DNA from: Paraglomus brasilianum
Lineage: Eukaryota
DNA: 40,123 nucleotides
Reading direction: 5' to 3'
NCBI GenBank assembly: GCA_910592345.1
Contig: CAJVPI010000240.1
Coordinates: 1 to 40,123, forward strand
Every line of letters begins with the position of its first letter. Position 1 is the first letter of the stretch. The notes under the pieces are model-generated. The model had not been told where the DNA came from, did not search any database, and saw nothing but the letters and a program-made list of their open reading frames with translations. Made by a program: the position numbers and the translations under genes. Shown piece by piece: positions 17,301 to 28,019 of the stretch.

Positions 17301-19725
17301 ATCAGTATCTGTATGCTATACAAAGACCAACAAAAAATTTTACTTACCAATTCTCCTTTCCAAACGTTTAATTTTTTTGACTCTCTCTCTACGCGTTCAT
17401 AAAACTCGTCCGCCGATCCCATCTCGACTCTCGGCACACCATCCTACAGAAAACGTGGAATCCGAATATTAATTTCCAGCAAAAAAATAGCCAGCCCACG
17501 TCTGCACTACCTACAATATCTTTTAATCGTCGCAATCTCTCGATCATAGCAGCATTTGGTCCTCCTCCACCGTCACCATTTCCAAATACAAGTAAACTCT
17601 CGTTACTGTATCCCAAGTCTCGATGGTTACGAACGCTATTAACCAGTTCCTCGACTGTACACTGGGCTACGTACCTGTAAGAGCAATTAAGTTAGAGCAG
17701 TTCCAGGAGAGAGAGAATCAAGATCCTTGTTATACTTACGTCTCACTCGGACACATATGCGTTAAAACCTACGGATATTATTTTGTTGATTATATTCATA
17801 AAAGTATACTACCATTTAACGTTATTTTGTGTTGCATCAACCACTTACTTTGCTGCCATCCAAGCCGACCCAATAAAAGGTAGTATTTGGAAACTAACCG
17901 ATATAAAAAATCGTATTGAGACATGCCACACTTGTTACCAATACCAACTGAATCAGAATATGCTAGACATTCATTAACCTTATTGATATTATTCCATGAT
18001 AATTTCTGAGTGAAGAAATACTTGCAATCGGCGAGTTTGATAATTTGTGGCAATTGAGCAGAGTATCCAAAAGTATCAGGAAGCCAAAACACTTTGCAAC
18101 GTTTGCCAAAGTTTTTTTCAAAAAAGCGCTGACTGTCGTGTATGAGAAAAAAATTTAAACAATGATTCGTGTTCCACAATTCCATCAACGCCCCACAAAC
18201 ATGCCAACTTACCCAAATAAAAACTGCCGACAAAGCGATTCTCCACTTGGAATGTTACAATCCATTTCAACCCAAGTCTATCAATATATATTCAATAATA
18301 ATATCGCGTATTCGTACGTACTAAATCACTCTCAAACTCACCCCACCAATAGGTAAGAATTGGTTAGTGGCTGCTTTCTCCTGAACTTTTTCGAAGAGTT
18401 TCGGATAATCTTGCTTGAGCCATTCGAATTGTTGTGCTTGCGAGCATACAAATTTGTACTCCGGGTATAATTCCATGAGACCTATCTGTGTTGACCAACT
18501 ACGAGCAACTTTACGCTTTGTCTCGTCGAACGTCCTAATCGTTTTGTGCGTTTTAGTATTCATGATCAATTTATTTGGTTACAGAAACAAGCTTAAGTAC
18601 TATACAGTTTTAATCCTCTGTTACGCACGCATCACATACCAGAGCCACGCGGTATCGATATGACAATGCCCAACAGCAGTCAACCGATGTTGCGCTCCTC
18701 CATTTTTATGCTCAAAAAATTCCCGAGCGAGTCTGTGTCCCTCGATCAAACTTCCGTTTCTACCGGCTCTAAAAATATCTACAATCGCATTTGCGGTATA
18801 TAAAGCCTGCACGGATCTAACTTCATCACTCCGCAGATTCTGAGCAGTATCTTTGATTATCTGAAAGTCATATAACAATTTCCACGCGAGCTTATTTGGC
18901 ACGGCAAGTTTGGCTTTACGTAGTGTATATGTTCTATTTGGATCGGGTGGATTGATCGAGTCGCCTTTACCGGTACCAAACATCCCGTTACAGGCCATCT
19001 CAATGTAAAACTCGAAAATATCTCCGCCTTTGGATGAACGCGTAAGAATGTATTCATGTCGTCGATCATTCCCGTCTTTTAGTTGTCAAAAGTAATATTA
19101 TGGATAGGAGCTAAGTTAACGGAGGTCTGAAATCCAAACTCTTGAATTGTTTGCAATTGCGGCATCCGTACCCACCTCCACCGGTCAGCCCTTGAAGAGG
19201 AACACCGTCCACACTCCATACCAATGCTTCAGAATCTGCATCCCACAGAAATTGCACCTCTTCATCGACCCAGTCGACTGGCACGTGAACATTAATATGA
19301 AACCAATGCGTTGACTATAGCGTGTTAATTCGTAATGTAATGTAGCGTTACTTGTGGAAGACATGTTTATCACTTGGAATTGCCGTTGGCAATGCCGTTC
19401 AATTATTAACTATATCACACTACCCTTGAAATTGACTACTCACCCAACTGGGTCCAAAGGTCTCTCCCACTTTGGTAGGCCTAAAGTCACCTTTAATAGC
19501 CTCTTTGAATGGGATTCTCTTCAAGTTGGGTACCGAATAGACTTGTAACTTTACGAGATACCCTTTCTTTGATTTGTGCTTATACAATTGCGAAGATAAG
19601 TTTACATCGCTGAACTTTCCATTGCTCGTAAAGTTACTCAGCCTCGAAATAGCAATGTCGCGAATGAGGCGAGGGTTTTCTGCTGGAAGTGCATAGCCAT
19701 GTCTACAGCAGGGATCTGCTGACAT
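14396..19725 (-). CDS. AMS1: Glycoside hydrolase family 38 alpha-mannosidase (Ams1/Man2C1-like), roughly 25 or more exons
   Basis: [157 protein letters not shown]; ends [13 protein letters not shown] at 14396. Confidence 0.96.
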
Positions 19726-20604
19726 TTTCAAACGTTGTTGCAAGAATCGGGTGCGTTATTGTGTTTGATTAATTCAACACTTTATAGGTTTAGAAAGCTC
19801 GCTAAAATTCCCAGTAACTGTAAGTTTGTGCATTACTACTGGTCTTGTGCTTTAAAAAAAAAATTTCACCTTGTTCCTGTGAATATTGCACAACAAACCT
19901 TCCATTTGGTTGGTGAAATGAAGATAGTGATAATCTTGTTTTGCTTTTCTCATGATGCCAAAACGGGGTTCATTAAAAACCAATAGTAATGACAAATAAA
20001 AGCGACTAAGAGAATACTTTGGTAATGCAAAACTTGTTTCATTACTTATTACAGACATTACAGAGTTATCTCAGTCCGATCATGAACATTGATTAGGCTT
20101 GTATTAGCCAACTTTTTGATTGTATTGCTTTACGTGAGATTTTGTCATGTCAATGTAAATAACAACTGTTTATTAGTTGCCATTTATTGATTGAATGCTG
20201 TTCAGAAACTTTCCATCCAATTATAGCATAGTTTGGTTTGGGAGTTTCCCATTGCTATCGTCTTATTGAGTTAGCCTGATATTAGAACAGGGTCGATCGA
20301 TGTTTAATTCCTAACCAAAATTGGTCAAATTAAGCATCAGTTGGGAACTTGTATATTGTGATTTTGGGAATTCACACATTATTGTTTATTATTTTAAACA
20401 TTAAGCCTTTGGTTTGTTAGAAATAAATACTAGTGCATTTCTAAGCGAACCGTATGTGTTGGAGTTTCATAGTACACATATTTTTATTTCTACTTGTTCT
20501 ATTATAATTCTCATATAATATTACAATTCATCTGATAGCAAAAATTACAACCAATAAATAACTGCAAAAGCATTAATTATAAGATTAAGTTAATAATACC
20601 ATAC

Positions 20605-23006
20605 TTAACCAATACGTAATATAACCTTCTTATTCGGTTTCTTTTTGCTACTGCTCTCGGCCGGCTCACTACTGCTGGGACTATTTATATTTGCAAACGT
20701 CCCACCACGTCCCCAGGCACCTTTAGCATCATTTTTTTTCGAACCTGGAGACTTTTGTTTCGGAATCGATGGAAGAGATGGGAATTCTTCTACCGGTTGA
20801 ACTGGTGCTTTCCCTTTCCCTTTCTTTTTCGCGGATGTAGAGTTTGAAGTTGCTGTTGAGGCTCTCGATGACGATCCTGTACTGCTGGGCAATGGTGCCC
20901 TCTGCTCATTGCTTCCACCTTGTCCATTACTTCTGTCTTGCCCATTAACCCCACCCCGTCCATTATCACCACTCCGCTTGCCTTTACCAACAGCATTCAT
21001 CTTGCTGGTAGTCTGTGCTTTCGCACCAGAATTAGTATTCGCGTTTGTGCTTCCAGCGCCGGATGGCCGGACAACCGAGCTGAGAGTAGGGAATTCTTCT
21101 TCCCGTACTTGATTGGGGCGAGCAGGAAGTGTAGATGAAGGCGGTGAAAGTTCGTCTATTGAGTTGCTTGTACCATCCGGGGTGATGCTTCTCAGCGCGT
21201 TTCCTGCTCTAGTGTGGTTGATTTCTAGGTTTCTGGGTCTGGAGGGGCCATCTAACTGGATTATTCCTCCTCCTCCTCCCCCTCCTCCTCCCCCCCCATC
21301 TTCCTGATGAGCCTGGAAAGTAGAAATCAGTTAACGCCGGTTTTTGTATAAAAATATATCACACAAACAGTGCCTACCTGTTGCCTTTCTCGATCCCTAT
21401 GTCGACCCCTCGCCCGAGCATGTTGCTCATCATATATGAAATTTACTCTTATTCGTCGTGCTTCGTATTTAGCTTTTTGCCCGTTAATGCTCGATCCATG
21501 TACGTCTATCTGATAATATGTAATATTATGATATTTGTTATTGTGTTCATTAGGTGATACATTAACAATGCGAATCATACTTGATCATACTTCGTGTGCT
21601 TTTAAATCAATATCTGTTGCAAACACAACAAATTTCCGAGCCCTGCATCCTTCGTCCATGCATAAGTAGTGTTTTTTCTCGAAATGTATTTCCTATATAT
21701 AGAAATCTCTAGTAAGCATATCTAATTATTGGCTTCAAGATTCTTCATCTGTTCATACGTACTAGCAAATCATAGTTCTCATAATACGCATGTCTGATTC
21801 CATTCCTCGCGCATAAATAACATTCTTCATGACGATCTCTGCAGTGTACATATAATTGATCGTTATCGTAAAATACTATGTCACAGAACTCGCATTTGGG
21901 ATGCCCTTTAAACCCAGATTCTACATTTTGGTCGCCAACTTTATAATGTCTCTCAAGCTGGCGAGCAGTATAGAGTGCGTGTTCATGAGCAAAGACCTTT
22001 TTGTTGCTAATACATATATCGCTGCAGTATAGAAAAGCGTCAATAAATATCAAGAGACGAACATAACAACTCGGAACTACACAATAAAATTTTATGCACA
22101 TAATACGGATATTTACCACAACAACATATTGTGCACTTTCTTGACGTGCTTTTTTAATGCCGGCCAGCCGTCGCAGCATTCAGCGTCACAGCTGGGTGAA
22201 GGGCAGTTGAATCTGAGTAATTTCATGGTTTCATCATACATTTCCTTACTTTCAAAAGACAATTTCAGTTTCTGATCGGTATATGGTAAATCTGTGGATT
22301 TGTAATCCTGATATAGCTTTTCCGGATCGCAGGTGATGATTACAGCTTGCTGTTCTACCTATAATTGACAAAAACAACCATTAGTTAGTTCATAGAATTT
22401 GAGAAAAATATTCACTCGCTTTGATAAATGTCACAGTAAGCCCTTGTCTTGCATACAATTAAAGCAAGCAATACATTCGAGTATCATTCATCTAAATCCA
22501 GACCTCTTCACAGGTAATGCAACCGCAAAACTTCACTCGCACTATACTAGTTACTTTCCCATTATCCCCTCTAGCTAAAATTATAAGCTAACCTTACAGA
22601 AAGTACAAGTCCAGGACTTATATAACGCCCTCAATCGCACAGAACAGATATGACAGGTTCTATGGTTACATCCTCCCACAGCATAGTAGACAATTTTTTC
22701 AGCACAAATATGGCATTCATTTGCATTCTCTTTGTTTTCACCTTCGCTGTCTTCAGTCGCATTAACCTTGGATTTGAGACTTGGTTCGTTAGCTGGTTCA
22801 GCAGGAGATTGATCCAACCTCGCAGAGTTAGTAATGTGCTCGCTCTCGAACTTTCTATTATCTCGGCCATTCGCACGCTGAGGATTCCTTCCTCGATGGC
22901 CTCCTTTTCCACGTCGTCCATTACGACGGAACGTTTGGTCATACATTGGGTTGGAAGTACTTTGTGCAGCTTGCTGAGCAAAAACTTCAGTCGAATCAGT
23001 AGACAT
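20605..23006 (-). CDS. HEL2: Ribosome quality-control RING E3 ubiquitin ligase Hel2/ZNF598 homolog (about 6 exons)
   Basis: RING CHICAEKIVYYAVGGCNHRTCHICSVRLRALYK..CTFCK; C2H2 fingers including GFKGHPKCEFC..LYVHCRDRHEECYLC; HFEKKHYLC..FVVFATDIDLKAH; C-terminal low-complexity region with EEFPTL and EEFPSL motifs and a KKKPNKKVILRIG end. Confidence 0.92.
21265..21297 (-). repeat. (GGA/GGG)n microsatellite encoding poly-Gly in HEL2
   Basis: Plus strand reads CCTCCTCCTCCTCCCCCTCCTCCTCCCCCCCCATC, giving about 11 Gly on the minus strand. Confidence 0.85.
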
Positions 23007-24327
23007 GGTTTGTTAGATTTGTATGTATGTAAACGAGTATTTTCGCCTTTGAATAAGAAGACTGCTTAAGAGTTAGTTTGGCACCAAAGATATACCCTCC
23101 ACCATTCCGGTACTGTTACACGAATTCATTATTTGGGGCGTGCTGCATAGCACCACAGAAATTACCCCATTCTTTTTAAGTCAATCGATCAGGTTGACTA
23201 AGGTTTACCCCTCCTATTTTCAGTTTCTACCTTCTAAACTTGGTCTGTCTTTGTTTCCGAAAATAGAAAAATTAGAAGAAATTTAAAACCAGCAAGGAAT
23301 TAATTTTAGTTGTCTGCTCATTGCATTCGAATTACTTGTTTCTGTAGGTGAAAATTTCCTTTAAAGATTATGACATGCTTATCAAGAATTTCTGTTATTT
23401 ATAAAATTAAATTAGCAAGGCATTTGTAGAGTAACAATCGCGGGAGGGCAATCGATCGCTGACCTTGGGATTTAGCTAGTTTCGTACAAACTAGATTTTA
23501 CTATTCACGACTATATCGAATAATTTACCAAGGACATTAATAATGTATTTCAGAGTATAAAAACTACTCGTTTATTGGTAATAATAATTATCATAATACG
23601 TAAGTATCTGAACACCCTGAGGGTCGACTTTTATAGTTGCTGATTGCCACTATAATAATTGCAACGGTAACATGTGTTGTCACTTTCAAAATCCTTGTGC
23701 CACCGCTGGAGACGTGGCGGTAGACGAGCCGCAGATCAGCAGACCAGAGACTAGAAAGCGTAGAGCGTAAACCACAAAATTACGCCGAAATTCATCATTA
23801 CTGGCTGGGTCTTGTTCGGTCCCACGTTCCAGTCTGGTATCCAAACCTAATGCTATGTCAACCTAGGTGACATTACATTGTTTAACAGGCCTTTCTCTTT
23901 CTCATGCTGTATTAGTATGTACAGTAAATAACTGTATGGTAATAGTAAGTATGCATGTTTGACAGGCCCTCCTTCACTTGGTAACATTAGTCCCCACACA
24001 CTTATTAAATTTTGTTTTTCTTGAATAACAGCTTATAAAAAGTATAAGCAGTAAGACTGAATATCCTCCCAACCAGTAGGACTAAGGGACTATGTACAGT
24101 TAATTAGTTGCCCATGAAATGTTCAGTGCTGATACCAATAATGAAAGAACCAATAGTTAATAATGGTTAAAAAAATCTCTATCCCATCAATATTAAAATT
24201 CTCAACTGTTGCTGTACCAATCTTCTTGATAATTTCTTGGAATAGGAACAGGGAACACCAACAATAATAATAAGCTTTAATGAATACTTCCACTGATGCA
24301 TGCCATTTTCACAGGACCAGAGGTATC

Positions 24328-25530
24328 CATGGTATGCTTGAAAAGTAATAACAATTTGTCTTTATTCCTAAAAATTATGTTATGAAAGCCAAATAAACTA
24401 TTTCATTTCTTCAAAGTAGTTACCATTATTGTCTATACACTTTTGCAGCCTTTTTTTTCAACTCTCAAAACATTTGTAATACTCATCTTTTGAGATACTT
24501 GAAACAACTGCCTGAACACCCCTTGCAAGGTTTTCAACCTTGTCATACTTCTTATTTTTAAGTTCTTTTTTGAGTTTAGGAAATAGAAAAAAATCACAGG
24601 GTGCAAGGTCTGGACTGTAGGGTGGGTGAGGAAGAACATTGACTCTTTCTTGCTTTAAGTACTTAGTAACAACTTTTGAGGTATGTGGTGCAGCATTGTC
24701 ATGATGAAGCATGACATCTTGAACAGTACTTCTCTCACTCATTTCCCTAAACTTTGAAAAAACTTCTGGTAAAATCTTGTTAGCATAAAGGTTGCCAGTT
24801 ACAGTGGTTTCTTTTGGAATCACAATTTTGGCTACAACGCCTTCAATAGAAAAAAAAATACAAAACATGCATTTTTTACTGTTTTGTGCAGTTTGTGCAA
24901 TTTGAGGCCTATTCTCCTCATGCCCAAGCCAAACTTTGTTGGCTTGCAAAAGTTGCAACTCGTTTTCACTTATTTTCATTTGTCAGTACATGTGGAACCC
25001 ATTTTTTACAGAGTTTTCTCAGACCAAGCTCATTATGAAGAATGTAAATGATTCTTTTATCAGATATTCCAACTTCTTCTGAAAGTTTTTGTGTAGTTAT
25101 ATCACTAACAAGGTCTTCAACCTTTCCAATTGTTACTGGAGTGACAGCTTCATGAGACGAGGATGTCCAGAATGAGCCTCATCTTTAACACTTTGTTTTC
25201 CAAGTTCAAATGCTTCAATCCAGCGATAAATTGTTCCCAAAGATAGTGCTTGGTCACCTTCTGCAACCACCAACTTTTGATGGATTTTAGCAGCAGTGCT
25301 GCCATTTTCCATTCAACAAAGATATAGTAACGTTGGTTTTCATGAGTAGAATGTTTCATTTGTTTTTGGTAGGTAACTTTGAACGGGAATTTTTCAAGAA
25401 TTACCAAAGCAATTTGCATCAAGTTTTTTGTGTGATGTTTGTCAAATGTAGAAAATAAAAACTTTATTTGGATAGGTTTGCAGATCATTAAGATAGACGT
25501 AAATTGTCATTACTTTTCAAGCATACCACG
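24328..25530 (-). mobile_element. mariner (DD34D) DNA transposon, defective, 1203 bp with 30-bp TIRs
   Basis: Left TIR CATGGTATGCTTGAAAAGTAATAACAATTT (24328-24357). Reverse complement of the right TIR is CGTGGTATGCTTGAAAAGTAATGACAATTT (25501-25530), 28/30 identical. TA follows the right end; the left flank reads TC. Transposase motifs lie inside. Confidence 0.93.
24398..25359 (-). pseudogene. mariner transposase, frameshifted with nonsense codons and an internal deletion removing the first catalytic Asp
   Basis: HTH region YRWIEAFELG..VKDEAHSGHP; KWVPHVLT; LHHDNAAPH; PHPPYSPDLAPCDFFLFPKLK with 34 residues between the two Asp; C-end S*KKRLQKCIDNNGNYFE. The TGDETW block is absent. Confidence 0.92.
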
Positions 25531-25884
25531 TACTAACTATAACGACCCTCATATACCGAGTTGATGTTAATGACACGATCTATATTATGTTAACGATTGA
25601 GATCGATTACGTCGTCAGATTAATATGTGAAATTTGTATAGTTCATAGTCTACGGCTCGAGTGGGGTACCAGGCTATGAACCGTCGTATGTTATGGTCAT
25701 GAATCTCAAGTCATCCGAGTAACCACAGATGTGATAAAGTACTCAATTAATGGGTCGAATATGTTTTGCACTTCATTTTCAGAGGTTAATATTGATCATA
25801 GACTACTGCTGGCTTGGCCTTATTGCGAGTTTGATGACCCCGATCATGATTTGTGCATCATTTGTGAAAGCAAATAGCCAGAAT

Positions 25885-26056
25885 ATGCTATCGAGTATGT
25901 TATATACATGTTATCTAAGACACGTTATCTGGCCATGCTATATATCCGCTATCTGATTATGCTATATACCCGTTATCTGGTTATGCTATCGATAATGCTA
26001 TCATGTATACGCTATCAGGCTATGCTATCAAAAAATGTTATCGGGTCATGTTATCA
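25885..26056. repeat. Degenerate minisatellite (24-bp unit built from about 12-bp GYTATC subunits)
   Basis: CACGTTATCTGGCCATGCTATATA / TCCGCTATCTGATTATGCTATATA / CCCGTTATCTGGTTATGCTATCGA at 25921-25992, with further GCTATC/GTTATC copies on both sides. Confidence 0.8.
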
Positions 26057-26200
26057 ATTTACTTTGCCCATAGTTAACCATAGAAAATCCGTCCTAGTTA
26101 CGTCCTAGTTGCGATGTATATTTCATAATGTTGTTGGGAAATGCTACCAAATCGACTTCGCCTATGTTTAAGACACGTTATATTAAAGTATGCCGATTTT

Positions 26201-26349
26201 GGGTCCGGTTCATTTCATCGACAATCATTTCACCGACATAAATTTCATCGAAAACCAATGATAAGTGCGATAAACAATGTGTCACGTGAAATGACTGTCG
26301 GTGAAGTGTACTGTCGATGAAATGATTGTCGATGAAATAAATGCCTCCC
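26201..26349. mobile_element. Foldback/MITE-like element with inverted arrays of 15-bp subterminal repeats
   Basis: Left arm GGGTCCGGTT-CATTTCATCGACAAT-CATTTCACCGACATA-AATTTCATCGA. Reverse complement of the right arm is GGGAGGCATT-TATTTCATCGACAAT-CATTTCATCGACAGT-ACACTTCACCGACAG. No TSD recognised. Confidence 0.75.
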
Positions 26350-26654
26350 AATAAATCTACAGATTACTAGACTCTACTTGCCCCAATAACATAAGTACAT
26401 ACTTTGACCACATTTGAGATGAAGTGTTCTGCCATATTTTATATATAATATTCCTGCAGATTACTTCACCCGACCTATAGAATTACTTGACGTGATCTTT
26501 CATGTTTATTTCGATGCATCTTTTTTTGTGATATCTCTTACCGGGCACCGAAAAAATTAATTATGAAAGCACAAATTACGATTTTAGAATATATATTTCG
26601 ATATAATCTGGAATCAGAGTGTGAAGCATTAATAGATTTCCGGAATACATGGTA

Positions 26655-27487
26655 CAGAGACACCTCTATAAGTGCACGCTCTCGGGACTTGACATTTGTG
26701 TGCACTGCACTTATAGAACAACGAATAGAAAACCAGAAAACCGTTACACAGAATAGTGACTAGTACTTTCTCTTTATTATCTTATTATCAAAATTATACA
26801 CTTTGAGAAAAATTGTGTCAATGTTAGTTTGACAGCATTGAGCTTGTTTTCCTGACTTCAGCAAACTTCTCAAAATTTTGTAAAGTTGTTATATATTTTC
26901 CCGCGTTGCCCTGTTGTAAAAGAAAGGCACATACTATTTCCAAGCAGCGCTAGTGCGACTTTCTTCACTATTATCTATGTCGTCTACATCCGTAATTGCT
27001 TGATCAGTATCTTTAAAGAGATATACAAGTTCGTGATCGTTGTCGGGAACTTCATAAATATTATTCTCTTCAGGAATGTCGAGCAACTATTTACAACTAT
27101 TATTTATTGTATTATTGTGGCATTTATATCATCTTCGCTTAATTTGGAAAATGTGATTAAAAATTTTTACTATTTTAGCAAGTATCTTATATGTATTTCA
27201 TAATACAGTTTTACCCAATAACATTCTTTCTGTTATCAAATCTAACATAAATATATGGCTTTATTCTCTTCCTCTGCATGTATTGTAGATAGATAAAAAC
27301 AGCTCAAACTGGGCTTTAGCGAGCACCTTGTTGTGAATAAAAGGCCCTCGCGATAGTAGTTGTAAGAGTGTAGTAAACTATTGCATCTTTGTGGCGTTTA
27401 ATTGGCTGACTTTTTTTAAATGTCACGTGCGTGCACTTATGGGGACTCAAAATCGCTTGCACGTGTAGAACATAGAGAGTGTCTCTG
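26655..27487 (-). mobile_element. pogo/Tigger (CENP-B-like) transposon deletion derivative flanked by TA
   Basis: TA|CAGAGACACCTCTAT at 26653 and ATAGAGAGTGTCTCTG|TA ending 27489 form a TIR with a 1-nt indel. Subterminal GTGCACTTAT motifs occur at both ends. A minus-strand remnant LLDIPEENNIYEVPDNDHELVYLFK..DDIDNSEES..QTNIDTIF resembles the acidic C-terminus of Tigger/CENP-B-type transposases (recognised from memory). Confidence 0.75.
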
Positions 27488-28019
27488 TATAAGGTAATTG
27501 GTCTTAAGATTGCTCGTCTTCAAGCGGTATTGATCATGCAAAGTAGTAAAAAAGATGACTCATCCGAAGCATATATTGATGAAATTATCGACCTATATTG
27601 TTAAGTATTCTTGGTTAGAATTGCGATACCCTAATACGATACCTATACAATAGAATTAAATTTTTCGTACATAAATAATATCCAAGTTCAGATAGATAAT
27701 CTTGTTATCCAGCTCATGCATCCCGCAACTGCTCATTTTTCCTCTTTAAAAACTTCAATCAGGAAAAGCTCCGCCAGTCCCTTCAATTGGATTATGACCT
27801 AATAAGAATTTTCATATGAGTCATTCAAACGATAACAAATTCATTATGATGTACTAATAAATACGACAGTGGGGAGCTTTCAGAAGTAAGTTGTTACGTT
27901 TCACTAGTAAATTTTAGAGGTGGTCTGTGATTTTTGAGTTGTATTGACCACTTTTGTTTTTTAGCAGGAATGTTTATAATAGCTGCATTCTGTAGAATGC
28001 ATGATAGATAAAACGATTA

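Noticed and set aside
23698..23775. GC-rich patch with a weak hairpin and 7-8-bp AG-rich repeats
   Set aside because: The stem is only about 5 bp and the repeats are too degenerate to assign.
25885..26349. CRISPR-like array
   Set aside because: The repeats are adjacent or inverted, with no unique spacers. There are no cas genes and the context is eukaryotic.
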